A DNA stretch of 64,000 nucleotides from a virus (Duplodnaviria; Heunggongvirae; Uroviricota; Caudoviricetes), in the IMG/VR virus record IMGVR_UViG_3300022750_000190; one strand, given 5' to 3'. Shown in pieces: positions 43,018-53,495 of this stretch. A model generated the notes under the pieces. It saw only the letters and a list, made by a program, of their open reading frames with translations. It made no database searches and was not told where the DNA came from. The stretch's first letter is position 1, and each line of letters begins with the position of its first letter. A program made the position numbers and the translations under genes.

Positions 43018-43665
43018 GTGATAGTCTTCATGAAATTACATATTATTTCAAAAACGATAGCTAAATCATTGGGTATGAAATTTTATTTCACAGGTGTCGC
43101 TTGCATTAATGGTGGTATAGGGCTTCGAGCAGTAAACAGTAGCCGCTGCAGATGTTCTATATGCTTATTAAAACATAGTGAAATTGAAAGACAACACAAC
43201 AAAACCAATAAAAGAATTTTAACTGTTGAACAAAAAGAAAGAAAAAGTGCCACAAACAAAATTTATCGCGAAAAAAACATTGATATTATAAAAGAAAAAA
43301 AACGCACATGGAAAATTGAAAACCCCGAGAAAATCAAACAACAAAGGTTTGATTACCATAAACGTAATCCTCATCTGGCAAGAGCAAAACGCGCACTACG
43401 CCGTGCCACTTTAAAAAATAGAACTCCACTCTGGTTTGGTGAGTTTGATAAATTTGTGATAAATGAAGCTGCCCATCTTTGTGAAATCCGTAAAGTTGCA
43501 ACAGGTTTTGATTGGCAAGTAGATCACATGTTTCCTTTGCAAGCAAAAAAGGTTAGCGGACTTCATTGTGGTATCAATATGCAAGTTATTCCACGGGTTT
43601 TGAACACTTCCAAATCTAATCGAATGATTTTCACAGAACCCTTTGAATGGCTCAAATCCTTTTAA
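43018..43665 (+). CDS. HNH endonuclease-like protein
   Basis: C-terminal WQVDHMFPLQAKKVSGLHCGINMQVIPRVLNTSKSN fits the H-N-H/N pattern, with an N-terminal Cys cluster. The true start may be an internal ATG. Confidence 0.55.
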   Translation: MIVFMKLHIISKTIAKSLGMKFYFTGVACINGGIGLRAVNSSRCRCSICLLKHSEIERQHNKTNKRILTVEQKERKSATNKIYREKNIDIIKEKKRTWKIENPEKIKQQRFDYHKRNPHLARAKRALRRATLKNRTPLWFGEFDKFVINEAAHLCEIRKVATGFDWQVDHMFPLQAKKVSGLHCGINMQVIPRVLNTSKSNRMIFTEPFEWLKSF

Positions 43666-43732
43666 AAAAACACTTGATAATATTTTTGCGATTCAGTATA
43701 ATGAGTTAGCCCACTAAAAAGAGAGGCTAAAA

Positions 43733-44029
43733 ATGAAACCAATCTCCAAAGCTGATGTTGAAAATGCTCTTGACGAACGTGAATTCCCTGACTTTGTTAT
43801 CCAAGCGTTTAACGAATGTATCATGGAAGCCCGCATTAAAAACTCTAAAGACGTCATGCAAGACGATGTTGTTAAACGCATCGAAAAACTTGGCAATGTA
43901 TCTCGCAACTCCATCTTTGAAAATCACTGGCTTGATGTAGAGCGTCATTATCGCAATGCTGGTTGGAAAGTGAGTCACCACAAACCTGACTATAACGAAT
44001 CTGGAAAATCATATTTCCATTTCAGTTAA
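43733..44029 (+). CDS. hypothetical protein
   Basis: 98-aa ORF with RBS AGAGAGG. Confidence 0.45.
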   Translation: MKPISKADVENALDEREFPDFVIQAFNECIMEARIKNSKDVMQDDVVKRIEKLGNVSRNSIFENHWLDVERHYRNAGWKVSHHKPDYNESGKSYFHFS

Positions 44030-44046
44030 TTCTTTGAAACAATAAA

Positions 44047-44082
44047 AACAACCCCAATCTTTCTAGACTGAGGTTGTTTTTT
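44047..44082. terminator. intrinsic terminator between convergent genes
   Basis: CAACC...GGTTG followed by TTTTTT. Confidence 0.5.
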
Positions 44083-44086
44083 GATT

Positions 44087-44410
44087 TTAATTTGTAAAAG
44101 GCAGTCGTGCCAAAATGCAACGAGTATTTTCAGGATAACGGCGATTCTCAATTTTGTTAATGAACACTTGATCGTGGTAGCAAATGCCAACAGAGTCATT
44201 ATGCCAATGCACTGTGTAATTACGACCTTCCAACATAGCAGGAGTCAAGCCTCTAAAACTACCACATAGATTCCCACCGCCAAGTGTAGCAAAACTTTCT
44301 TGCCAAACATGGATGCTGTGATATGCTTTCATATCATCATGGTTTTCGAACAACCATTCAAGGCATTCTTTTGCAGAATTCCATTCGTAATGTTTTACAT
44401 GTATGCTCAT
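44087..44410 (-). CDS. hypothetical protein
   Basis: 107 aa with RBS AGAGAA on the minus strand. Confidence 0.45.
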   Translation of the reverse strand: MSIHVKHYEWNSAKECLEWLFENHDDMKAYHSIHVWQESFATLGGGNLCGSFRGLTPAMLEGRNYTVHWHNDSVGICYHDQVFINKIENRRYPENTRCILARLPFTN

Positions 44411-44545
44411 GACGTTCTCTTTTGAGAGGTGTTTAAGATGAGTAATCTTATCACAATGGAGTTAAATGGTCAACAAAAAACCTATTGCATCATCCATTTA
44501 ATGCTGTTATTATAGTGTGATATATCATTTCATGGGAATATTTTA

Positions 44546-45151
44546 ATGACCACAAATACTTCAAAAATCATTTCTTTACTTGTTAAGGAAAAATGCTTTA
44601 CAGAAAGAAAGGATGATCTTGGTTATATTGATTCTGGTTCTAATCACTATTTTGAAATGATGCTTAACAAATTAAAGGATTCTGATTATTTTAATAGTTC
44701 AAAGCGTCAATTAACTGAATTAAAACCCTATTTTAATTCAAGTGAAGAACTTTTGGAATATTATGAATTTTTAATGAACTCAATTCACATGGATGAAATC
44801 AAAAGAATAGTAACTTCTATTTTTTCGCATTGTGATTTAATTCATGATGAGATGCATGTTGTATTGATTAAGGCCAAGTATCACCCCAATGAAGCAACAG
44901 GAAGACAAACTTTTATTAAAGATGTTAATAATAAAATTGAACGAATCAGATTGATAATTTCAGGATATAACACGCTCCAAAATCCTGAACATATTCATTT
45001 TGAAATAAAAGGTCTTAAAAGTATTTTTAAAGCAAATAACTTTTTTAACATTGTAATTGATAGATTAGCAGATTCTATATACGAAGACACAAAAACTTTG
45101 TTTAGTCACAAAAAATCAATGTTAAATCATAACGAAGAAAAAGCCTCGTAA
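44546..45151 (+). CDS. hypothetical protein
   Basis: 201 aa. The stop codon TAA sits in the GTAA loop of hairpin AAGCCTC-GTAA-GAGGCTT. Confidence 0.5.
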   Translation: MTTNTSKIISLLVKEKCFTERKDDLGYIDSGSNHYFEMMLNKLKDSDYFNSSKRQLTELKPYFNSSEELLEYYEFLMNSIHMDEIKRIVTSIFSHCDLIHDEMHVVLIKAKYHPNEATGRQTFIKDVNNKIERIRLIISGYNTLQNPEHIHFEIKGLKSIFKANNFFNIVIDRLADSIYEDTKTLFSHKKSMLNHNEEKAS

Positions 45152-45165
45152 GAGGCTTTATATTT
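45141..45165. terminator. bidirectional terminator hairpin containing the stop codon of 44546-45151 in its loop
   Basis: AAGCCTC GTAA GAGGCTT followed by TATATTTT. Confidence 0.5.
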
Positions 45166-45538
45166 TAAATTCAATCGTTATATTATCTTTAGAACTATCA
45201 TCACATTTTGTTACTATTTCAACAACTTTCATACTTTCAAGTTCTTTAGAATTAACAACTATTTTTGACCAATTTTTATCTTTTTGATAACGAATTATAT
45301 TTGCACATCTTTCTTTTGTATCAACAGTTACTGTTACAATTTTATTATCACCATCTTTAAAAGATTCATGTTTTTGATTAATTTCATTGGTCAAAGATTT
45401 AGTTTCTTTAGATTCTATATAGCTATTAGAAATAGCAACGATTGTTGCCACAATCATAACGAACCCCATTAAAAATATTGCTGGTTCTAAAGGATTCAAA
45501 CAAAACTCCCCTTTTATTTTTTTTGAAAATATTTTCAT
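45158..45538 (-). CDS. secreted or membrane-anchored small protein
   Basis: 126 aa with a hydrophobic N-terminus. RBS GAGGT on the minus strand. Confidence 0.45.
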   Translation of the reverse strand: MKIFSKKIKGEFCLNPLEPAIFLMGFVMIVATIVAISNSYIESKETKSLTNEINQKHESFKDGDNKIVTVTVDTKERCANIIRYQKDKNWSKIVVNSKELESMKVVEIVTKCDDSSKDNITIEFKI

Positions 45539-45727
45539 TTTTTAAAACCTCAATTTAATTCAAAATAGCATTTCAATCCAAAAATACAATAATATTACTA
45601 GACAAAATTAAACTAATATAGTATAGTGCTACTCATATATCAAAGGATAAAAAAAATGTATTTCAAATATAAACAAAAGGTAATCATTGACAAATATTAA
45701 GCCGTCTAACTTAATAGGAGTCAATAC

Positions 45728-46381
45728 ATGAAAAATAATAAACTTCACCTTGTTGCAAAAGGTGGGCTTGTTGAAAGTTTTAAAAATAAAGAAGAAGCCT
45801 TCGAGATGTTGGGTTCTGATTTTATTAAAAAGTACGTTGGTTTTGAGCTTCGTGTTCTTAATTACGATTCTTACAATACCAGAAGGTTCTTGCAGGAAAC
45901 ATCATCTTACATCAATAATAAATGGATGAATGATGGTAAAAAACGATATGGCGAAGTTTTTAAAGATCTTTTCCCTTATTACGAACATTTGAGTTATTAT
46001 GGCTCTTATATGTTGATTAATGATTTCAATCAGAAATTTTGTATCGTTGATTTCAAGGATCTTCTTATTCACGAAAGAAGGACACAAAAAAGTAATAGCT
46101 ATTCTGACCGAAAGAAGAAATTTTGGAACGGTAATGGCTCTGTTCCGGGAACTGGTGTCCGTAACTCTAAAGCCGGATGGTCCAATACTGTTTACAAACG
46201 TCCTAAAACAATATCTGGATTGAGAAGTTCTTTTGATGTTTTTGACGATGAATATGACATCCAAGAACCTTCGGTTAGAAATAAGATGAAATTGGTTATT
46301 CGAGATGTTTGGGACGAAATTCCTAGAACTGATTGTAAAATCAATAACTGGAAAAGATACCGCAAGCAACAATACAAATAA
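45728..46381 (+). CDS. hypothetical protein
   Basis: 217-aa ORF with RBS TAGGAG. Confidence 0.5.
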   Translation: MKNNKLHLVAKGGLVESFKNKEEAFEMLGSDFIKKYVGFELRVLNYDSYNTRRFLQETSSYINNKWMNDGKKRYGEVFKDLFPYYEHLSYYGSYMLINDFNQKFCIVDFKDLLIHERRTQKSNSYSDRKKKFWNGNGSVPGTGVRNSKAGWSNTVYKRPKTISGLRSSFDVFDDEYDIQEPSVRNKMKLVIRDVWDEIPRTDCKINNWKRYRKQQYK

Positions 46382-46405
46382 GGCTCTTCGGAGCCTTTTT
46401 CTATT
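46381..46405 (+). terminator. intrinsic terminator
   Basis: GGCTCTTCGGAGCC followed by TTTTT. Confidence 0.55.
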
Positions 46406-46470
46406 ACTTGTTGACTTTTATTGGGTATCAACGTAAAATCAAATATTAATAAATCAGAACGATAAAAAAA

Positions 46471-47022
46471 ATGAACCAAACTTCAAACATCGTAAAAACA
46501 AAACGCCAACACAACAAACCTGTTGTGAGCCGTGGTGTTTCCCTCACTCGATGGGGAGGTTTGAATATCGTTAAGCAAAAAGGTAACTTTGGTAACGACA
46601 CATTCCATTCTGCACCAGAACGCTATGGTTTCTATGCATTCGTGTTCCCTTATATTGATCTCTTTTTGATTGGTAGCACCAAAATCAAAGAATTCAAAGA
46701 ACACACCAAAAAAGATTTCCATGCTGTTGATGGTTATATCTGGACTCATTTAAAGCCAAGAAACGTAAGCGATATTGTCGAAGTTCGTAACAGTTGGTAC
46801 AAGATACATGTTTCCACTTTAAACAAAGTGCTTCAAAAGGCTTTTGCAGATGATTGCGCTCATTGCCAAACTAGTTATTTCTTTGAAGACAATGAAACTC
46901 GAACTCCGTATAAAGGTCGAGAAGGTATTGAACCTAAAGTGGTACGATTGAATCCATACAGTATTGTTAGCATTGACCACTTGGAAGTCTTTGTTTGTCG
47001 AGACACTGTAATTTCCTCTTAA
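46471..47022 (+). CDS. hypothetical protein
   Basis: 183-aa ORF. Confidence 0.5.
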   Translation: MNQTSNIVKTKRQHNKPVVSRGVSLTRWGGLNIVKQKGNFGNDTFHSAPERYGFYAFVFPYIDLFLIGSTKIKEFKEHTKKDFHAVDGYIWTHLKPRNVSDIVEVRNSWYKIHVSTLNKVLQKAFADDCAHCQTSYFFEDNETRTPYKGREGIEPKVVRLNPYSIVSIDHLEVFVCRDTVISS

Positions 47023-47042
47023 TTTAAAATAAGGTATTAAAA

Positions 47043-47231
47043 ATGACGCTATATTTTGGTGATGGTATTGGTGATGATCCACCAGTTGTAAATCGTGATA
47101 AAACCTTTACAGATGATGGTTATATGGTTGTTGGTGGACAACTCATTGACCTGAACAAAGATACAAAACCTAAAAGCAAAGAAAATGCTTCAACTCATCA
47201 TTTCACTGATGACGATTGGCGTTACTCTTAA
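47043..47231 (+). CDS. hypothetical small protein
   Basis: 62-aa ORF with RBS AAGGT. Confidence 0.35.
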   Translation: MTLYFGDGIGDDPPVVNRDKTFTDDGYMVVGGQLIDLNKDTKPKSKENASTHHFTDDDWRYS

Positions 47232-47308
47232 AAAATCGCCTTCATCTTTATTGACCATTACGCCTGTTTGCTGTTATAATTAGTCTCTTATCTAATTGGA
47301 GCTTCACC

Positions 47309-47803
47309 ATGAACCAACTTACATCCTTGTTTAAAACCTTGGAATCCATGAAGCTTCATGTTCGCTCTGAAATTCCCTCTATTAATGATATTAAGCTGCT
47401 GATTGCTACGGATCATAAAAGTCTTGCGGCTCATCATATTCGCAAACATATTCACTATCATATGACTTTTAATAAAATTCCTGAATCAAGCCATCAAATT
47501 CAGATCTTGAATTTGATTCACAATATTGTCATTGATGAAGCTATTGAGCATGAAAAAGAATATTTCGATAGTCTTTTCGAACTCATTCGTGAGAATAAAG
47601 ATCTTTCGCCTATCCTTAAATATCATGAATTCAAAGAACATGGTTATAAATTAGATGACCCTGATCATTATGACAAATTTGTCAAAATGGGAAAAACTCT
47701 TAACAATAAAGATTTCAAAAACAAAGAACTTTTCATTTTCTTTTGTGCTAAAATTCTTGAAACCCATGACAACATCAAAAAGCTTAAATCTCAATATATC
47801 TAA
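47309..47803 (+). CDS. hypothetical protein
   Basis: 164-aa ORF with RBS GGAG. Confidence 0.5.
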   Translation: MNQLTSLFKTLESMKLHVRSEIPSINDIKLLIATDHKSLAAHHIRKHIHYHMTFNKIPESSHQIQILNLIHNIVIDEAIEHEKEYFDSLFELIRENKDLSPILKYHEFKEHGYKLDDPDHYDKFVKMGKTLNNKDFKNKELFIFFCAKILETHDNIKKLKSQYI

Positions 47804-47818
47804 AGTTTAAGTTTAATA

Positions 47819-47850
47819 AAAAAGCCACTTGATAGTGGCTTTTTTTTATT
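47819..47850. terminator. bidirectional intrinsic terminator
   Basis: AAAAAGCCACTTGATAGTGGCTTTTTTTT. Confidence 0.6.
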
Positions 47851-48568
47851 TCTTAATATTATATCTCTCATCATATCCTAATAGACCAAGTTCATAAAAA
47901 GAATAACCAAAAAATACATTTAAGTTTGCATTGTTATTGCCATTTATTGACTCTAATTCCTCTAGTTTTTCTTTTGGCAAATTAAGAAACTCGTAATTAA
48001 AATTAGGTAACGATTTTTTAATAAATTCCAAAATTAATTTTGCGAACATTTCGATACTTTCGAATTCTTCGTTGTCATTAACATATTCTAAAACATTTAT
48101 ACCAAATGCAGAAAATAAATCTTTATGATTTTGCTCTAAAGTTGTTTCATTAAAATCAGAGAAAAAAGGGATTTTGTCTTTTTCATTTTTTTCAACACGA
48201 TCAAAATATATACCAGATGTTAAACATGATTTTTTATATGCTTCTTGAATTTCAAATAATAACTTATTTGTATTTACTGCTATATTCATGCAATATCCAT
48301 GACCATCATAATCATCTTCATCCCAATCACCGATATTTAATATATACGTATTTTCATACAACTTATTAATATCGCTATTTTTCTCAGCATTCAAGGCTTG
48401 ATCAATACATTCATGATAATTATCTCCTTGAAAAAGTTTTTCTTTATTTGTAATCTTACATGAATATTGTAGACAATACATTTTGTTTCTTTCATTTTTG
48501 AGTTCAAAACTAAATTTTGGGCTATTATCAAAAACCCAAGCTAAACGTTCTCTATCTGTATAAATCAT
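47846..48568 (-). CDS. hypothetical protein
   Basis: 240 aa with RBS GAGAA on the minus strand. Confidence 0.5.
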   Translation of the reverse strand: MIYTDRERLAWVFDNSPKFSFELKNERNKMYCLQYSCKITNKEKLFQGDNYHECIDQALNAEKNSDINKLYENTYILNIGDWDEDDYDGHGYCMNIAVNTNKLLFEIQEAYKKSCLTSGIYFDRVEKNEKDKIPFFSDFNETTLEQNHKDLFSAFGINVLEYVNDNEEFESIEMFAKLILEFIKKSLPNFNYEFLNLPKEKLEELESINGNNNANLNVFFGYSFYELGLLGYDERYNIKK

Positions 48569-48732
48569 TATTTATTCTCTTTTAAATGGTTATAGAAATT
48601 GCATTCTAACAAGAATACGCCTAACTAATATTTAATACAAGTATTTTTTCGCCTGAAAAACATAAAAAGCTTGCAAGAAACCAGTTTTTACTGTATAATC
48701 CTATCTTAATTCAAACAGAATGGTGTCAAAAA

Positions 48733-49347
48733 ATGACTAATCCAACTCTCAAACTGACCTACAAAGAAGTCGAAAACCTCATCAATAATCGTTTTGATGA
48801 TGAACGCTTTGAAGTCACTTTCGATGACATTCCTATGTACCATAAAGATCACGTTATTGCGAAAGGTGAGACTCATAGGGACTACACCGAAGATGATGGG
48901 CGTGAATTCCGTTGGTTCATTTTCATTGATAAAGTAACTGGTCTTGAACATCATATCAACTACACTTATCACAAAGATTGGCCAAATGATATTTTTGATA
49001 TTCCAGATTCTATTGAAGTTGTAGAAAAGAAAGAAGAATCTGACATTTATGTGGCACCAAAACCAGTTGTTGAGCCAGAAATTATTCTTTCGCCAGAAGC
49101 ACAAGCTGATAAAGACTTGTGGAATCGCTACCTTGCTGTTGAAGCAGAATGCATTGCAGTTGCTCCAAAAGAAAAGTTGAAAGTTCCTTCTGCAACTATT
49201 AAGGAAATTCTCGCTTTTTTGAAAACTCAGAAATTTAATGGATATCAACTTCGTGCTGTTATTATTCCTGTATGCATTGAGTACAAACTAGAACATGCTT
49301 CTTTCTGGAAGTGGATTCAAGTTAAACGTAAAGTATGGGTGGCATAA
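48733..49347 (+). CDS. hypothetical protein
   Basis: 204-aa ORF. Confidence 0.5.
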   Translation: MTNPTLKLTYKEVENLINNRFDDERFEVTFDDIPMYHKDHVIAKGETHRDYTEDDGREFRWFIFIDKVTGLEHHINYTYHKDWPNDIFDIPDSIEVVEKKEESDIYVAPKPVVEPEIILSPEAQADKDLWNRYLAVEAECIAVAPKEKLKVPSATIKEILAFLKTQKFNGYQLRAVIIPVCIEYKLEHASFWKWIQVKRKVWVA

Positions 49348-49348
49348 T

Positions 49349-49903
49349 ATGATACATAATATTAAAAATATTCACTTTACAGGCGACCTTTATTTCAGAG
49401 ATAAAATCCTTGCTGTTCAAAGGGGTTTTGAAAATGTAAAAGATATGGAAATTGAAATCATTCGTAAGTGGAACGAGAAAGTCAAACCTGATGATACTGT
49501 TTATATTATGGGTGGGTTTTGTTCTATTATTAAAGGTGCAACTCAATCATATATTAATTTGATTGGCGAATTAAATGGAAAGAAACATTTTATCCTTAGT
49601 TCAAGGGATGCAATTCCTACCTTTGAAAAAATTATGGAGAATTCCACTCTTAATATTAAAAGTGTTTCCCAATACAAAGAAATAATGATTGGAAAGCAAA
49701 ATTTTGTAATGATGCATTATCCTTTAATGGATTGGAGAGGCAAAAAAACTGATAAAACCATTAGAGGTTCTATTCATCTTCATGTTGGACCAATTGATGA
49801 AAATCAAGAAGAATACCGCTTCAATGTTTCTTATCACAAAAACAATAAGATTTTAAGCGCAGAAGACATTTGGAAGAAATGCAATAATAGCAATCAAAAA
49901 TAG
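49349..49903 (+). CDS. hypothetical protein, possibly a metallophosphoesterase-like fold
   Basis: ATG at 49349, 1 nt after the upstream stop. Weak GDL...GG...HLH pattern. Low confidence in function. Confidence 0.45.
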   Translation: MIHNIKNIHFTGDLYFRDKILAVQRGFENVKDMEIEIIRKWNEKVKPDDTVYIMGGFCSIIKGATQSYINLIGELNGKKHFILSSRDAIPTFEKIMENSTLNIKSVSQYKEIMIGKQNFVMMHYPLMDWRGKKTDKTIRGSIHLHVGPIDENQEEYRFNVSYHKNNKILSAEDIWKKCNNSNQK

Positions 49904-49972
49904 TGGCTCCTTGCCACTTATCTGTAATTTAATTTAATAATTGCAAGTATCTTTTAATAGTGTCAAAGTGAT

Positions 49973-50665
49973 ATGACGTATCACGGAGACACTATCATGT
50001 TTAGCTTTTTCAAAACCATCATTAAACTACTTTCTTTATCTTCTTTACTAATATTAAGTGCATGCAATGGCATTGTAAATATTGGTGATCCAAAAGAAGC
50101 TGTTGGATATGAGCCTGTATATTCAGGGTTTCCACTTCCTTACCTGTTTACAGCGTCTCTGGTTCAATGGAACGAAGATTATGCAGTATCTGCTCAACAT
50201 ACTCCTTTCTTGGACAACGTTGAATATAGATGCAGCACAGGCTGTGATTTAGTATTCATTAAACACAAAGCAACAGGAGTTATTCCAAAATGGAGATATT
50301 CTATTATCAATGAAAAAATATCTGCTTATGGAAACACTTCATTTTATGTGACAGCAAAAACTGATGGTGTAGTTTTAAAAACACGATTCATACAAGAATC
50401 TTCAAACAATAATAAAACAATAAAAGAATATTACAAAATAACCAGTAACTCTACTGCAAAAGGCATGTCTGGTGGTCCCGTATATGCTAGTGATGGTCAA
50501 GTTGTTGGTATAACATTAGGCTTTGTAAATAAAACACTTATGAGTGATTCCCAAATGAATTGGGCACCAGAAATAAAACAATATCCACAACTATCTTATA
50601 TGTTGCAAACTGAAATTATAGACAGAGAATGGAAAAAATTTCAAAAGAATAAAAATAAAATTTAA
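49973..50665 (+). CDS. lipoprotein trypsin-like (S1) serine protease
   Basis: Signal plus lipobox LILSAC, SAQHT (TAAHC-like) and GMSGGPV (GDSGGP-like) motifs. An alternative start is ATG 49997. Confidence 0.55.
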   Translation: MTYHGDTIMFSFFKTIIKLLSLSSLLILSACNGIVNIGDPKEAVGYEPVYSGFPLPYLFTASLVQWNEDYAVSAQHTPFLDNVEYRCSTGCDLVFIKHKATGVIPKWRYSIINEKISAYGNTSFYVTAKTDGVVLKTRFIQESSNNNKTIKEYYKITSNSTAKGMSGGPVYASDGQVVGITLGFVNKTLMSDSQMNWAPEIKQYPQLSYMLQTEIIDREWKKFQKNKNKI

Positions 50666-50725
50666 TTAAAGACTTGCAAACAAGATTTATTTAAAATATA
50701 ATCGTCACTTTATAAGAGGCTTTTT

Positions 50726-51439
50726 ATGAGTGATGCATTTTTTGATGACGATGAAAACGAACAGGATATTGTTGAGATAAAACTTGTAATGCCAGCAGCA
50801 TTAATTAGTGAATTCACAACAGTATATAAAGTTGGGGGAGAACAAGATTTTGAATTGAGAAATAAGATACCTTCTTATTCAAAAGTAAAAGGTGTATCCG
50901 TTTCAGTTAAAAACGAATTCAACGAGCCTGTAAAATTCCTTATATCCAGAACAATAGATATTGTCCCTTATCATACTCCATTACGTATTGATTACGAAAA
51001 TTGGGTTGATGGAATATATGACATATTGGAACGATTCGAAGACATTGCAGAACAACTTGAATCTATTCAAGAATCTGGTGATGAAGAAAAAATCAAAACA
51101 TTCTCTGAATACAAAATATCTCTTATTGTCCCACTGTGTTACATAGATAGTGGTAAGTCTGTTTGCCTTGAAAGAGGAACAAGAATATATACAGTATATA
51201 AAGGAACACCTAATAAAAAGAGACCATACGAACTCAATAAAATAAAAGCCGAAATCAATCTTGATGAAACAGGTTTGAAAAAGTTTGAAATACCAGCCGA
51301 TAGCGTTTTCTTAGTTAGCGATACAAATGTCCACATGAAAAGAAATGAAGACTTTGTGAAAATTGAAAAAACAGTAAGTGAAATTGATGATTTGATTTCA
51401 ATTGCACAGAATTTTATTGATCATAACGAATCTAAATAA
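50726..51439 (+). CDS. hypothetical protein
   Basis: 237-aa ORF. Confidence 0.5.
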   Translation: MSDAFFDDDENEQDIVEIKLVMPAALISEFTTVYKVGGEQDFELRNKIPSYSKVKGVSVSVKNEFNEPVKFLISRTIDIVPYHTPLRIDYENWVDGIYDILERFEDIAEQLESIQESGDEEKIKTFSEYKISLIVPLCYIDSGKSVCLERGTRIYTVYKGTPNKKRPYELNKIKAEINLDETGLKKFEIPADSVFLVSDTNVHMKRNEDFVKIEKTVSEIDDLISIAQNFIDHNESK

Positions 51440-51467
51440 TATAATTTAATTTAAAGGGGGAAAAGAA

Positions 51468-51623
51468 ATGAATAACGATACGCTTAAAAATAACAATCAC
51501 AGTGAATCAGTAGCTCTCGTAGCACTTCTGACAATAGGTTCTATGGAAGCCGCACAAGGCAAGTATTGCACTTCACAAGAGTTGAAAGAACGCTTGAAAC
51601 AACGGTTTAATTCACAAAGATAA
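51468..51623 (+). CDS. small protein (51 aa, below ORF-track cutoff)
   Basis: Strong RBS AAAGGGGGAAAAGAA immediately upstream of the ATG. Confidence 0.4.
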   Translation: MNNDTLKNNNHSESVALVALLTIGSMEAAQGKYCTSQELKERLKQRFNSQR

Positions 51624-51688
51624 TAGTTTACAACCTATTCTATTTTCAGTACAATAGGTTCTATACTTCAAAACTTAGGAACAAAATC

Positions 51689-51835
51689 ATGACATTCGAT
51701 ATTAAAGGTATTCTTGAAAATATCAAATCAAAACAAATCGATTCAAAAGCTCATTATGTTATGATACTTCCTGATAATTCAGGCAAATTGACACTTAATG
51801 ATATTAATAATTTCGTAAACGCTTTGCAAAAATGA
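51689..51835 (+). CDS. small protein (48 aa, below ORF-track cutoff)
   Basis: RBS AGGAACAAAATC. Preceded by an 8-bp inverted repeat AACCTATT...AATAGGTT. Confidence 0.35.
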   Translation: MTFDIKGILENIKSKQIDSKAHYVMILPDNSGKLTLNDINNFVNALQK

Positions 51836-51861
51836 ATAATTTAATATAACGGTTTAATATT

Positions 51862-52323
51862 ATGCATAAAATTGATAGTGTCACAGATAAAGCTGTTAAA
51901 GGTATGAGAGTTATCTATACAGGTATTAATGGCACATCAAGAGATAGAGCTAAATTCTCACAAGCAGAAGATATTACAATATTCGATATTCTTACTATTT
52001 ATGATGTTTATCGTTTTGAAAATGAAACCCTTCTTCATTGCCTTGAAACAACACAGATGCACAATGCTAATTTGTTTGTAGAAGCTACTGCATTTTTCAA
52101 TAAATCTTTCACTGTTGGTCAATCGGTTGTTTACCATGGTAAAACTAAATTCGATAGCCAGAAAAGGGCAATTGAAGATCTTGGGGTAGTCCGTGGTGAT
52201 ACATTGGTTGTTTCACGAGTTGTCGCAAACCCTACTTCTGTAAGTTTGGAATTTGAAGGCATCATGGATCTTCATAATGGTCTCATGTTCTGCGACTATA
52301 GCTTGTGGTTTACACCAAATTAA
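51862..52323 (+). CDS. hypothetical protein
   Basis: 153-aa ORF. Confidence 0.5.
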   Translation: MHKIDSVTDKAVKGMRVIYTGINGTSRDRAKFSQAEDITIFDILTIYDVYRFENETLLHCLETTQMHNANLFVEATAFFNKSFTVGQSVVYHGKTKFDSQKRAIEDLGVVRGDTLVVSRVVANPTSVSLEFEGIMDLHNGLMFCDYSLWFTPN

Positions 52324-52355
52324 AAACTATAAAAGAATACTTTAATTACATTAAT

Positions 52356-52760
52356 ATGAGTTTAAAAAAAATGAAACTAAAAACGAGCATTATTAATGAT
52401 TTCTCTGACGCTATCACCGTAAAAATTGAAAAATTAGAAAATCAAAAAGAATCAGTCTTGAAAATTGCAAGTAGCGCATCTAATCCCGCTGTCATCGATA
52501 ACTATGATCATAAAATCTTATTACTTCTGCGTTTTAAAGATATTATAGAAAGTGCAGAAAACAATATTAATTTGATTAAAAATATCAATAAAGAAGAATA
52601 TGATTCTGGCATTAATGCAATTGAAGAATTCATTGAAGACATTAGAAAAGAATCTTTCGCTCAACAAATTAAGAACCCAGCCCTATCAAAAGAAATCAAT
52701 CTTGTTTATTTTGATGTTAAAAAATCTCTTGAAAGATTTGTTGACTACTATTCAAAATAA
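52356..52760 (+). CDS. hypothetical protein
   Basis: Internal ATG (MSLKKMKLK). The track ORF at 52305 overlaps the upstream gene. Confidence 0.4.
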   Translation: MSLKKMKLKTSIINDFSDAITVKIEKLENQKESVLKIASSASNPAVIDNYDHKILLLLRFKDIIESAENNINLIKNINKEEYDSGINAIEEFIEDIRKESFAQQIKNPALSKEINLVYFDVKKSLERFVDYYSK

Positions 52761-52784
52761 CCTTATATATTAAAAGAGTACAAA

Positions 52785-52967
52785 ATGACGGATAATATTA
52801 AGTGGAAAAAAGTTGAAACAGAAAACAATGATTTTCTTTGTAAAAAATGCAAATCAAACGATTTGAAATACCACGAAGAAGAAAGCTTTTGTGGTAGCTG
52901 GGATTTTTTTGTATACCATTGTAACTCTTGTGGCTATTCTTGGAAAAGTGAAGGAATAGATTCTTAA
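52785..52967 (+). CDS. zinc-ribbon small protein
   Basis: CKKC...CNSC Cys pairs. Confidence 0.5.
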   Translation: MTDNIKWKKVETENNDFLCKKCKSNDLKYHEEESFCGSWDFFVYHCNSCGYSWKSEGIDS

Positions 52968-53371
52968 CTCACTGTGTTAAAAATCATTTTCTCAGTTTTT
53001 GTTGATGAGACTCTTTCTAGAGTTAACTCTTTTTCTTTTGTGTCAACTATATTCCAACCAAAAAACAATAATTTGGCTAAAGTGTCCTTTTGTTCTTCGT
53101 TGAAAACAATATTAGAATAATTTGAATTTAAGTATTCTTTTGCATCTTCATTGTTTTTGAATTTCCATTTCTTTTGGATTTTTGATAGTGATTCTTTTCT
53201 GCTGAAAGTTCCATTTAAAATCATTATTATTAATATAAAAATCGCAGGAGCAATTAGACCTAAAAAAGTCATCGTTGAAAAAGTCTGATTTCTAACGCTT
53301 CCATATAGTGAAAATGCAAATGCTATTACGCTAGTAATAGACGCGAAATAAAAAAGTAAGCCAATAAACAT
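52964..53371 (-). CDS. membrane protein
   Basis: 135 aa with two N-terminal hydrophobic segments. Confidence 0.45.
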   Translation of the reverse strand: MFIGLLFYFASITSVIAFAFSLYGSVRNQTFSTMTFLGLIAPAIFILIIMILNGTFSRKESLSKIQKKWKFKNNEDAKEYLNSNYSNIVFNEEQKDTLAKLLFFGWNIVDTKEKELTLERVSSTKTEKMIFNTVS

Positions 53372-53495
53372 TTTAATTTTCCATTTTTGATAACTTCAGT
53401 GTAATCTATTTTTCTGAACATTAAAATATTTGTTGCGTCTTTTCCTTGTTTCTTGTATAATAAGGCATCTTCCATAGACACAGGGTTTAAAAAAC

